64,000 nt of DNA, taken from contig CAYHXT010000001.1 of assembly GCA_964360675.1 (NCBI GenBank), forward strand, positions 10,491 through 74,490, written 5' to 3'. The position numbers and the translations under genes are program-made. This DNA is from an uncultured Methanosarcinales archaeon. Its GTDB lineage: Archaea; Nanobdellota; Nanobdellia; Woesearchaeales; GW2011-AR9. The notes below the pieces were generated by a model. It was not told where the DNA came from and made no database searches. It saw only the letters and a list, made by a program, of their open reading frames with translations. Below, piece after piece: positions 1 through 9,282 of this stretch (the stretch's first letter is position 1; every line of letters starts with the position of its first letter).

Positions 1-36
1 AGCAGGACGGTTCTTATACTTGCGTCTTTAACTGAG

Positions 37-1995
37 TCAGTTGACTTTCAATGCCACGGCATTATCGCCTATTTTTGCAACAGTTGTGAAGTAGCCCGAG
101 TTAAGTATATCCTGATATTTTTGGTTCATAATTTCTTCGGGATTTTCAACAGGTAATTTTTCGCTTAAGTGGCGGTAATCCATGGGGCCATTCAGAATAA
201 GATATTCATATCCGTTAGATTTAAGGAAAACGTATAGCTCTTCAGCATCTTTGTCCATTATATCCTCGCGGAAATCAATCACTTCCTGGCACCAGACGCA
301 GCTGAATTTTCCATACCCGATAACTAATTTATCTCTTGGCGCAAAAGTAAATACTTTGGTGTTGTCAGGAATAGTATCAAACCAGGCAGCGTATTGGAAT
401 GGTTCAGAAGAGTCAGTGAATGATCCGGATGTCGGCCAGATGGAGGTGTTGACCTGATATTTCTGGAGGCCGGAAGTAAAAGCAATGCTGATTAAAACTA
501 AACATAAAAAGCCATACTTTAAGGTTTTTGAATTAATCCGGTCTTTAATAAGATATGTTCCTTCAGCAGCCACTAACGATACTGCAATGGCTAAGATCAT
601 CCAGGACCTGAATGCGCCCCTGGCGACAGAGATCGGAAAATTAAGGCCGTTGACTGCCCAAAAAGTAAAGATTAACCAAAATAAAATTAAGCTACGCCAG
701 CCATTCTCTTTTTGTACAATGTTTGATTTGTATTTCCATATAATAAATATTACACCAGCTAAAGTAAGCAATGAGAGGGCAACACCTATGCCGATAGGAT
801 TATTAATCATGTTTTGGCCTTTCGCAAAAAAGAAATCACTAAAACTATAAGTTCTGGAAGCGGTTCCTCCCGGATTGGTAAAAGTTTGCCAAGCAGAAAC
901 AATGAATTTCATAGGTTCAAATCCGGTTCCGCCGGATGAAGAAAGTACTATGGTATCTCCCTGATTAATAACGTCTCCACCGTAATAAGCTAAAAACTTT
1001 TTGAATCCATATTTGTTGATAATAACTGCCCACCAAGCGAATGAAACAGCAATGCCGCTACAAAGCGCAGCAAGGTGTTTCCATAAGAATTTTCTATATG
1101 CTAAAGAAAATACTAAGACATAAATCAGAGCCATGGTAGCTAATTTAATCGGCTGTTCAAAGTTTTGAGTAACCCAGATACTGGCAGTAATAATTCCAGC
1201 AATAAAAAGCCATTTTTTATCTTCAAGGCCTTTATGAAAAGCATACATGAATGGAAAGAAAAGAGCGATTACCAATGAATGAGCCCAAATAAAGTGGCTA
1301 AGATAAGATGGGATCATGGCTAATATGGCAGTCGCTAACAAAGCTTTAATCCTATTTTCCATCAGCAGCTGAGCAAAAAGGTAAAAGAAAATAAATCCCA
1401 GTGAAATGATTAAAGCATTAAAGAACTTAAGAGTCCATCGTAAATCAGGCGAGGTCTGATGAAGTATGCCCATAAGGATGTCATATGCCGGCGGATAAGG
1501 ATCGATGTAAGATAAAACAATATCTATGTCTCTATCAGGGCTTTTAATATCGGGATCATATGCATTTTTTTCTAAGGCAACATATTTTGCCCCAACTGCG
1601 TGGCCCCAAGGGTCTTCATCTTCTAAATAAGGATATCCAAAGGCGCCTTTGGCGTAAATGTAAAAAGAAAGAGCCGCGATAATGATCACTGCTAAGATGA
1701 CCATGTCTGATTTTTTTATGTGTGGCTTAGGGATTGAAAATTCTTTTCTCTTTATTTTTCTGGCAAAATAATAAACTGGAAATGCTATACTTAATATAAA
1801 TATGATTTTCCAATCTAATGTGATATGAAAGAAGTTTAAAAGAATGAAAATAATAGGTAATATGCCTAAGCCTATTGCTAGATTAAGCAGATGTTTTTCT
1901 ATGCCATTCTCAGGTTTTTTAAGAAGATGGGTTGCAGTAAAACCTATTCCCCAGCAGTATGCAAAAAAAAGTAAAATAGTGATATAACTTATCAT
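37..1995 (-). CDS. Multi-pass membrane protein, probable GT-C fold glycosyltransferase
   Basis: 652 aa, many TM helices, acidic extracellular loop motif EDEDPWGH followed by YPP, soluble C-terminal domain. Confidence 0.6.
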   Translation of the reverse strand: MISYITILLFFAYCWGIGFTATHLLKKPENGIEKHLLNLAIGLGILPIIFILLNFFHITLDWKIIFILSIAFPVYYFARKIKRKEFSIPKPHIKKSDMVILAVIIIAALSFYIYAKGAFGYPYLEDEDPWGHAVGAKYVALEKNAYDPDIKSPDRDIDIVLSYIDPYPPAYDILMGILHQTSPDLRWTLKFFNALIISLGFIFFYLFAQLLMENRIKALLATAILAMIPSYLSHFIWAHSLVIALFFPFMYAFHKGLEDKKWLFIAGIITASIWVTQNFEQPIKLATMALIYVLVFSLAYRKFLWKHLAALCSGIAVSFAWWAVIINKYGFKKFLAYYGGDVINQGDTIVLSSSGGTGFEPMKFIVSAWQTFTNPGGTASRTYSFSDFFFAKGQNMINNPIGIGVALSLLTLAGVIFIIWKYKSNIVQKENGWRSLILFWLIFTFWAVNGLNFPISVARGAFRSWMILAIAVSLVAAEGTYLIKDRINSKTLKYGFLCLVLISIAFTSGLQKYQVNTSIWPTSGSFTDSSEPFQYAAWFDTIPDNTKVFTFAPRDKLVIGYGKFSCVWCQEVIDFREDIMDKDAEELYVFLKSNGYEYLILNGPMDYRHLSEKLPVENPEEIMNQKYQDILNSGYFTTVAKIGDNAVALKVN

Positions 1996-2041
1996 TTTTA
2001 GCTTTTAGATAGCATGGTTATTTAAGTTTATCTCTATCCAG

Positions 2042-3529
2042 TCATTCAGATTTAAATTTATACACCTTGATATCTTTAAATTCATGTTGTTCGATAAGCG
2101 TATATCTGGAGCGTAGAAGATCTTTGTAATAATCTTCAGTTCCTTGATTTCTCGTAAGGACTAACCAAAAATAACTTTCTTGATCGGTAATGGAGAATAA
2201 CTTTCCCGGTTCTATCTTCCAGAGGGGCTGTCCGCGAGGCAACTTGGTAAGAGCCACATAACGCGGTTCAGAATCAGAATAATAAGTCAGTAGAGATGAA
2301 CTAGTCAAACCTCCACGGTCTAATAAAATTAATGGCCCATCATTGGAATTTTGCCCGATAAATGATGTCGCTAGATCCCATTCAGGTTTTGTAGTTTCAG
2401 TATAATATGCCGTCAATGCGAAAGCATTGGTGATCAAAAGAATACTGAAGGCAGCCATCGCTATTTTTTTGGATGAAATCCTAATGATGTGGTAAGAAAA
2501 AAATAGGTAAAAAAGCGGTGCTATCAGGAAAGAATGCCTAATCAAGAAATAAGAATGGATTATGGGACTACGAAATATCGGCAAGCCGAATATGGAAAGA
2601 GGATAAAGCGAGAGGTACATGTAACCTATTGAAAATAGAATCACCACATATAAGAACCATTCTTGCGGTAATTTATGATCCCTGAAAAATGCTTTCATCT
2701 TCTTTCTGCAGAGCAAGGCAAGAATCATCAAAAACATACCTGAAAGGAGCGGCAGAGCAAACATGAATAATCCTAATTTGGCGATAAATGAGGGAACACC
2801 AAAACTGGCGAAAGTTTTGCCTGCGCCGTTTCCAATAGAAGCTAATTGTTTTTGTATGAGTGGAATGAGGGGTATGGAAAATATTAACACTAGGGCATTG
2901 ACTTTGATCCAGCGTTGAAAACCAGTTTTAGAATCTTTTTCCCAGTTCCACAACCAGAAAAATGTATATCCGGCTATCAGGAAACCAGTTAAATAATTAG
3001 TATACATCGCAGTAAGAATAACAAAAAAATAAAAAAGGTAATGTTTAATGGCCAGTTTATTATTGTTTTCATTTCGGTAAATTTTAATGAATAAATAAGT
3101 CGCCAGCAGAGAAAGTAAAGTGTACATAGCATAAAGTCTTGTTTCTCGGGAATAAAGGACCTGAAGCATAGATGTCGCTAATAGTAAAGAAGAAACTAAG
3201 CCCACTTTTTTTCCGAATAGCAGATTGCCAAGATAAAACATAATTATAATGGAAATAGTCCCAAAGATGACTGAAAGCATGCGCGTTGAAAACTCGCTGA
3301 TACCAAATGCTTTTACCCAATAATGAAGCAGAAGATAATGGCCGAAGGGAGCCCCTTCATACTGTCCGACTTTCTCAATAACTTCTATCGGGTTTTTTTC
3401 TTGCGCATGATTGACAGTGATGATCTCATCCATCCAGTAGTTTTCCTTCTCAAGGTCATGGAGGCGGAGCAAGAATCCGAATAATACTATTGCAAAGAGG
3501 ATGAAAAGGTATGATTTGCTTGATTTCAT
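2042..3529 (-). CDS. GT-C glycosyltransferase (PMT_2/GT39-like)
   Basis: LLR..DL...YWMDE motif, P..HYLLLH, multiple TM helices. Confidence 0.8.
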   Translation of the reverse strand: MKSSKSYLFILFAIVLFGFLLRLHDLEKENYWMDEIITVNHAQEKNPIEVIEKVGQYEGAPFGHYLLLHYWVKAFGISEFSTRMLSVIFGTISIIIMFYLGNLLFGKKVGLVSSLLLATSMLQVLYSRETRLYAMYTLLSLLATYLFIKIYRNENNNKLAIKHYLFYFFVILTAMYTNYLTGFLIAGYTFFWLWNWEKDSKTGFQRWIKVNALVLIFSIPLIPLIQKQLASIGNGAGKTFASFGVPSFIAKLGLFMFALPLLSGMFLMILALLCRKKMKAFFRDHKLPQEWFLYVVILFSIGYMYLSLYPLSIFGLPIFRSPIIHSYFLIRHSFLIAPLFYLFFSYHIIRISSKKIAMAAFSILLITNAFALTAYYTETTKPEWDLATSFIGQNSNDGPLILLDRGGLTSSSLLTYYSDSEPRYVALTKLPRGQPLWKIEPGKLFSITDQESYFWLVLTRNQGTEDYYKDLLRSRYTLIEQHEFKDIKVYKFKSE

Positions 3530-3783
3530 GTATTTTAGGCTTGCTTTCCGGGGTTATATAAATTTTATTAAATAGGGTGCTTCATAATTCACAAATCTTT
3601 TAAATGAAATCAATTTGGTCTTACTATAACTTCAGATCAACTGAATGAAAAACAAACGCAGCATGGAGCACAAAGAAGTGGTAGCCGGTATTATTGAAAG
3701 TAATAATAAGACCAGAGACTAAATTGGAGTCTAAGAACGGCGATTGCCCATAGAAAAAGCATTGTTGAGGTATACAATTAAAG

Positions 3784-4497
3784 ATGGAAACATTCTACGA
3801 CCGATATAATTTTCCAGATGGAGGGGAGAAAAGAAAGGACTGTTGGAAAAAGCATTTAGCGAAGCATTTAGATTTTGATTCTTTAAAAAATAAAACGGTT
3901 TTAGATGTCGGCTGTGGAACTGGGACCATGAGCAAAATACTTTATGGTGCGGGAGCAGATATATATGCAATAGACCTGAGCAGAAAATCAATAGAATCTG
4001 TCAATAAAGCTTATCCGGAAATAAAAGCTAAAGTCGGCGATGCTCTTCACCTTGATTTTCCAGATAATCATTTCGATATTGTCATAAGCATTGGTGTGCT
4101 ACACCATACCCCTGACACTCACAAAGGTTTTGAAGAGTGTGTTAGAGTAACCAAATCTAAAGGACAATGTATCATAATGCTTTATTCTAAATGGCACTAC
4201 TACCCTCTGATATATAAATCATTTAAATTGTTTAGACAAAATAAAAAACCAGAAGATATGCCCAGATGGTTCATTAAATCTATCAAGAGATTTACAGAGT
4301 TCTATTACAAAGAGCCAAGAGATGATCAAGATGCAGTTCATCTAATTGCAGACCAGCTCTTCACTCCAATAGCTAAATTTCATTCAGAATTCGAGATAAA
4401 GAAATATATTAGGGAGATGGAATGCGAACTCATTTCAACATCAACTACATTTTTAGGGCAGCACAAAATATATAACTTATTAAAAAAAAAAGGTTAA
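3784..4497 (+). CDS. Class I SAM-dependent methyltransferase
   Basis: VLDVGCGTG motif I, FDIV..GVLHH. Confidence 0.85.
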   Translation: METFYDRYNFPDGGEKRKDCWKKHLAKHLDFDSLKNKTVLDVGCGTGTMSKILYGAGADIYAIDLSRKSIESVNKAYPEIKAKVGDALHLDFPDNHFDIVISIGVLHHTPDTHKGFEECVRVTKSKGQCIIMLYSKWHYYPLIYKSFKLFRQNKKPEDMPRWFIKSIKRFTEFYYKEPRDDQDAVHLIADQLFTPIAKFHSEFEIKKYIREMECELISTSTTFLGQHKIYNLLKKKG

Positions 4498-4510
4498 ATA
4501 TTTGAACTTT

Positions 4511-5251
4511 ATGATTACGTCTCAACGAGTGTCCATAGTAATTCCTTGTTATAATGAAGAAGAATCCATCCTAAACTTAACAAACCAGCTAAATTCCGCA
4601 GTAGCTGATTTAGAAAAAGATTACGAAACGGAACTTATTTTTGTTGATGACGGTTCTAAAGATAAAACTTACGAGCTTCTTAATAGCCATTATGAAAAAA
4701 ATAAGAATGTTAAAATAATCAAGCATGAAAGAAATTACAATCTGGGGGCTGCTTTAAGGACCGCGTTTAAATTTTCAACTGGAGACATCATCGTTCCATT
4801 AGATTGCGACTGTACTTTTCCTCCGGGAAAAATCAGAAATCTTCTTGAATTGTTGGACGAAGAAACCGATATTGTAAATGCTTCTCATTATCATCCACAG
4901 GGGACTTTAGATGATGTTCCGCTTTACCGGCGCATATTAAGCAAAACCGTTTCAGAAATGTACCGAGCGGTCTTAGGAAGAAGGGATATCTATACTTACA
5001 CCGGCATCTTTAGAGCTTACAAAAAAAATGTTCTGGAAAATATTAAATTTAAATCTAATGGGTTCCTTTGCAGCGCCGAGATATTAAGCTATGCTATTCT
5101 GAAAGGATATAAAATTAAAGAGTACCCCACCACCCTTTACACCAGGCAATATGGAAAATCAAGCATAAAATTATTCCGGGTAGTGATGAGCCATCTTAAC
5201 TTCATTTTCAAGTTAACTTATATCAAACTATTGAAACAAAAAAACCAATGA
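4511..5251 (+). CDS. GT2 glycosyltransferase (DPM1-like)
   Basis: SIVIPCYNEE, VDDGSKD, DCD motif; ATG 4511 preferred over TTG 4502. Confidence 0.85.
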   Translation: MITSQRVSIVIPCYNEEESILNLTNQLNSAVADLEKDYETELIFVDDGSKDKTYELLNSHYEKNKNVKIIKHERNYNLGAALRTAFKFSTGDIIVPLDCDCTFPPGKIRNLLELLDEETDIVNASHYHPQGTLDDVPLYRRILSKTVSEMYRAVLGRRDIYTYTGIFRAYKKNVLENIKFKSNGFLCSAEILSYAILKGYKIKEYPTTLYTRQYGKSSIKLFRVVMSHLNFIFKLTYIKLLKQKNQ

Positions 5252-6342
5252 AAATTGCTATTGTGGTTGGGACTCGTCCGGAAATAATCAAAATGAGCCC
5301 CATAATCAGATATTGTACTAATAATCAATTTGATTTTTTCATCATACATACGGGTCAACATTATTCTTATAATATGGATAAAATTCTTTTTGAAGAATTA
5401 GGCCTACCCGAAGCCAAATATCATTTGGAAGCCGGTTCGGGTTCCCATGGCAGACAGACGGCGGCAATCTTGGATCGGATAGAAGAAGTTTTAGTAAAAG
5501 AAAATCCGTATATCGTTTTAGTTGAGGGCGACACCAATGGTGTTCTTGCAGGAGCTCTAGCGGCATCCAAATTGCATATTAAAGTTGGGCATATAGAAGC
5601 CTGTTTGCGCAGTTACGATAATCTTATGCCTGAAGAAATAAACCGGGTTATAGCAGATCATACGGCTAATTACTTGTTCGCACCCACAGAAGATTCTAAA
5701 ATAAACGGATTAAAGGAAAATATTCCTGAACATAAAATATTTGTTACCGGCAATACCATCGTCGATGCCGTTTTTCAGAATATTAAATTAGCAGAACGCA
5801 GGGAAGATATTTTTAACAAACTGGGAACTAAAAAAAATGAGTATATTTTACTAACCCTGCATAGGCAGGAAAATGTAGATGATCAGAAAAGATTAAAAGA
5901 GATTCTTTTGGGATTAAAGTTGCTTTATCGGGAACTAAACCTAAATATTATTTATCCCATCCATCCGCGTGCGGAAAAAATGCTAAAAACTTTCAATTTA
6001 GAAATACCTGAAGGTTTAATTTTGGTTCCCCCCGCAAGTTTTCTCGATTTCCTTAATTTGGAAAAGAATGCCCGGTTAATTCTCACCGATTCAGGCGGTG
6101 TGCAAGAGGAAGCCTGCATATTAAAAGTTCCTTGCGTAACTTTAAGATACAACACTGAAAGGCCAGAGACTTTAAGAGTAGGGAGTAACATCCTTGCAGG
6201 AACGGATCCTCTAAAAATAGTTGAATGCAGCAAAAAAATGATTGCCGTCACGAAAGATTGGGAAAATCCTTTCGGCAACGGCCAAGCGACTGAAGAGATT
6301 ATGAGAATCATATCATCACAATACGTACCAAAAGAACCCTAA
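5248..6342 (+). CDS. wecB: UDP-N-acetylglucosamine 2-epimerase (non-hydrolysing)
   Basis: GTRPEIIK, HTGQH, PEEINR, TLHR, TDSGGVQEE, TERPE motifs. Confidence 0.95.
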   Translation: MKIAIVVGTRPEIIKMSPIIRYCTNNQFDFFIIHTGQHYSYNMDKILFEELGLPEAKYHLEAGSGSHGRQTAAILDRIEEVLVKENPYIVLVEGDTNGVLAGALAASKLHIKVGHIEACLRSYDNLMPEEINRVIADHTANYLFAPTEDSKINGLKENIPEHKIFVTGNTIVDAVFQNIKLAERREDIFNKLGTKKNEYILLTLHRQENVDDQKRLKEILLGLKLLYRELNLNIIYPIHPRAEKMLKTFNLEIPEGLILVPPASFLDFLNLEKNARLILTDSGGVQEEACILKVPCVTLRYNTERPETLRVGSNILAGTDPLKIVECSKKMIAVTKDWENPFGNGQATEEIMRIISSQYVPKEP

Positions 6343-6532
6343 AATCATAGGATCTGCCTTCCCCGGTAGCAATATGCTCCCATCGCCACACTTGAATTAC
6401 TAATCTTAATTTCCATAAATAAAATAAAGGGGTGCTGATAATAAGCACAAATAAACCCAGTTAAATCTTATTTAGCTAATCAAAAGAACAGGTGAATAAA
6501 TTACAAAAATAATGCGGTGGAGGGAAAATTAA

Positions 6533-8272
6533 ATGTATATCTTAGGAATAAGCGATAGTCATGATGCTGGAGCGGCTCTTATAAAAGATGGGAAAATCAT
6601 CGCAGCTGTAAGTGAAGAGAGATTATGCCGGGAAAAATTCGCTTACGGCTTTCCTTTTAAATCCATAAAAGAAGTATTAAGGATAGTTGCCATTCGAAAA
6701 GAAGATATCTCTCATATAATCAAGGGCGGTTTGCCTTACCCCTACCTATATTCGTTTTACAACACCCGCAGAAATGGAAATAACCGCCACCTTCCAGAAA
6801 TAAAATTGGATGAGATTTACAACTCTTCTTTGTTTCATCGGACCTTCATTAATATTCTTAAAAAAAGAAAAGTTTATTCTATTCAGGAACTTAACGAATT
6901 CAAAAAGATCCGCGGTTTTAATAATGCCAGTGGCAGTTTGACAAAAAGTTCTTTACGGAAATTAGGCTTAAGGCAAAAAATTTATTTTCTAGACCACCAT
7001 TATTCTCATCTAGCTTCGGCATTTTATACTTCCGGTTTTAAAAAATCATTGATCTTTTCACTTGATTTTTCCGGCGATAACAAGTCTGGGATGGTGGGGG
7101 TAGGAGCAAAAACAAAAATTGATGTCGTTGAAGCCTTAGATGCCCAAAATTCTGTCGGCTGTTTTTATGGTTTCATAACCAAAGGGCTGGGGTTTAAATT
7201 AAATCGTCATGAGGGGAAAATCGTCGGCCTGGCCGCTTATGGCGACCCGGAAAAATTGTACCTGCAGTTCAAAAGATTCATTAAGCATCATCAATCCAGA
7301 ATTATCGTTAAAAACAGGTATCAATTATTGGCTCTCGCAGAAAAACTAAAAAACAAAGAAGCTAAAAATGTTGCCTCAACCGCCCAGAGATTATTAGAAG
7401 AAGTTACCGTAAATTGGGTGAAATTCTTCATTGAAAAATATAAAATTTACGATTTAGTTTTAACCGGGGGGGTTTTTGCCAATGTAAAACTAAACCAAAG
7501 AATCCTAGAAATTGAAGGCGTCAAAAACTTATGGATTTTCCCAAACATGGGCGACGGCGGTTTAGCTGCCGGCGCAGCTTTAGAACTTTATCACCGATTA
7601 AACAAGAATACTAAAACGTACCGGTTGCAACACGTTTACCTAGGCTCTAATTTTAGTAATGGACAGATTGAAAAAGAATTAAAAAAATTAAAAGTGAATT
7701 ACATTTACCACCAAGGCATTGAAAAAATTATTGCCCGGCTGGTCAGCCAGGGAAAAGTTGTCGCTAGATTTAACGGCGCAATGGAATACGGGCCCCGGGC
7801 GCTAGGAAACCGCTCGATCATTTACGAAGCCAAGGACCCATCTGTGAACAAATGGCTGAATGAGAGGCTGAACAGAACCGAATTTATGCCTTTTGCGCCA
7901 GCAACGTTATTTGAAGATCGAAGTAAATGTTATAAAAACATCAACGGTGCTGAACATTCAGCAGAATTCATGGCCATTACTTTTGAATGTACAGATTACA
8001 TGAAAAAAAACAGCCCCGCCGCAGTTCACGTCGATGGAACCGCCAGACCACAATTAGTCAAGAAAGAAATTAACCCGAGTTTTTATAAAATCATTCAAGA
8101 ATATAAAAAAATAGCTAAAATACCAACATTGATCAATACCAGCTTTAATATGCATGAAGAACCAATAGTATGCAGCCCTTTTGACGCTATCAGATCATTT
8201 CAACAAGGTAATTTGGATTATTTGGCTATTGGCAATTTCTTAGTGCATAATACTTTAGCCAGCAAAAAGTAA
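6533..8272 (+). CDS. O-carbamoyltransferase, NodU/CmcH family
   Basis: HDAGAAL..EERL, DHH..H, EGK..GLAAYG, EYGPRALGNRS, HVDGTARPQ, NTSFN. Confidence 0.93.
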   Translation: MYILGISDSHDAGAALIKDGKIIAAVSEERLCREKFAYGFPFKSIKEVLRIVAIRKEDISHIIKGGLPYPYLYSFYNTRRNGNNRHLPEIKLDEIYNSSLFHRTFINILKKRKVYSIQELNEFKKIRGFNNASGSLTKSSLRKLGLRQKIYFLDHHYSHLASAFYTSGFKKSLIFSLDFSGDNKSGMVGVGAKTKIDVVEALDAQNSVGCFYGFITKGLGFKLNRHEGKIVGLAAYGDPEKLYLQFKRFIKHHQSRIIVKNRYQLLALAEKLKNKEAKNVASTAQRLLEEVTVNWVKFFIEKYKIYDLVLTGGVFANVKLNQRILEIEGVKNLWIFPNMGDGGLAAGAALELYHRLNKNTKTYRLQHVYLGSNFSNGQIEKELKKLKVNYIYHQGIEKIIARLVSQGKVVARFNGAMEYGPRALGNRSIIYEAKDPSVNKWLNERLNRTEFMPFAPATLFEDRSKCYKNINGAEHSAEFMAITFECTDYMKKNSPAAVHVDGTARPQLVKKEINPSFYKIIQEYKKIAKIPTLINTSFNMHEEPIVCSPFDAIRSFQQGNLDYLAIGNFLVHNTLASKK

Positions 8273-8310
8273 AAAAATAGTAGATCATAAAACCGTAATA
8301 AATAACCCAG

Positions 8311-9201
8311 ATGAAAAAAATTCCTAAAATAATCATTGCCATTCCCGCGTACAACGAAGAAAAAACTCTTCCTTTTGTTCTGCAGGAGATAACTGATGTT
8401 ATGAGAAATACCGCATATAACTATCAAATTTTAGTGTTGGATGATGGTTCGCGAGACCACACTGTTGAAGTTGCAAAATCTTACGATGCAGTAGTTGTTT
8501 CAAACCGCAGAAATATGGGGTTAGCAGAGACTTTCAGGGTAGAAATGAGGGAATGTTTACGCTTAGGGGCGGATATAATTGTCCATACCGATGCAGACGG
8601 CCAATACCATTCTAAACATATTCCGGAATTAATCCAAAAAGTTGAACAAGGGTGCGATTTAGTTTTAGGGAGCAGATTTAAGGGAAAAATAGAAAGCATG
8701 TCTCTCTTAAAGCAATTGGGAAATATTGCCTTTGCAGAAGTATTAAGTTCCCTCACCAAAGTGCGTATAACCGACTCAACTACGGGGTTCAGGGCATTTA
8801 CAGCTGAAGTTGCCAGAAATATAAATTATATTAACACTTTTACCTACACCCAGGAGCAGATCATCAAAGCTTCTAAGCAGGGTTTTAGAATAGCTGAAAT
8901 CCCCATCACTGCCAGAAAAACACGAGAAAGCAGGTTATTTAAGAATCCGTTTCAGTTTGCTTGGAGAGCCTGGATTAATATCTTTAGGATTTATCGTGAT
9001 TACGAACCTCTGATGTTTTTTGGAAGAATCGGCTTTGTGTTTCTTTCTTTTGGCGGGATAGTCGGGTTATGGTTAATATACAGATTTATTACTCTTGGAT
9101 CAGTTGGAAGATATCCCTCCACCATATTAAGCGCGTTACTTATAATGGTGGGGGTGCAAATAATATTATTTGGTTTCTTGGCTGATATGTTGCATAAATA
9201 A
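8311..9201 (+). CDS. GT2 glycosyltransferase with two C-terminal TM helices
   Basis: IPAYNEE, DDGS, DADGQY, GSRF, DSTTGFRA. Confidence 0.88.
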   Translation: MKKIPKIIIAIPAYNEEKTLPFVLQEITDVMRNTAYNYQILVLDDGSRDHTVEVAKSYDAVVVSNRRNMGLAETFRVEMRECLRLGADIIVHTDADGQYHSKHIPELIQKVEQGCDLVLGSRFKGKIESMSLLKQLGNIAFAEVLSSLTKVRITDSTTGFRAFTAEVARNINYINTFTYTQEQIIKASKQGFRIAEIPITARKTRESRLFKNPFQFAWRAWINIFRIYRDYEPLMFFGRIGFVFLSFGGIVGLWLIYRFITLGSVGRYPSTILSALLIMVGVQIILFGFLADMLHK

Positions 9202-9282
9202 TTATTTGCCTTATACTCAGTTTAATAATATTTAAAAACTATTTAAAGACTATTTCAGCAATAGTTTTATCGGTGCAAATAC

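Noticed and set aside
1..35. End of a + strand gene at the window start
   Set aside because: Two frames both end in nearby stops; too short to assign
4482..4491. A10 tract as a phase-variation site
   Set aside because: Lies in the last codons of the gene in an AT-rich genome; slippage would barely change the protein
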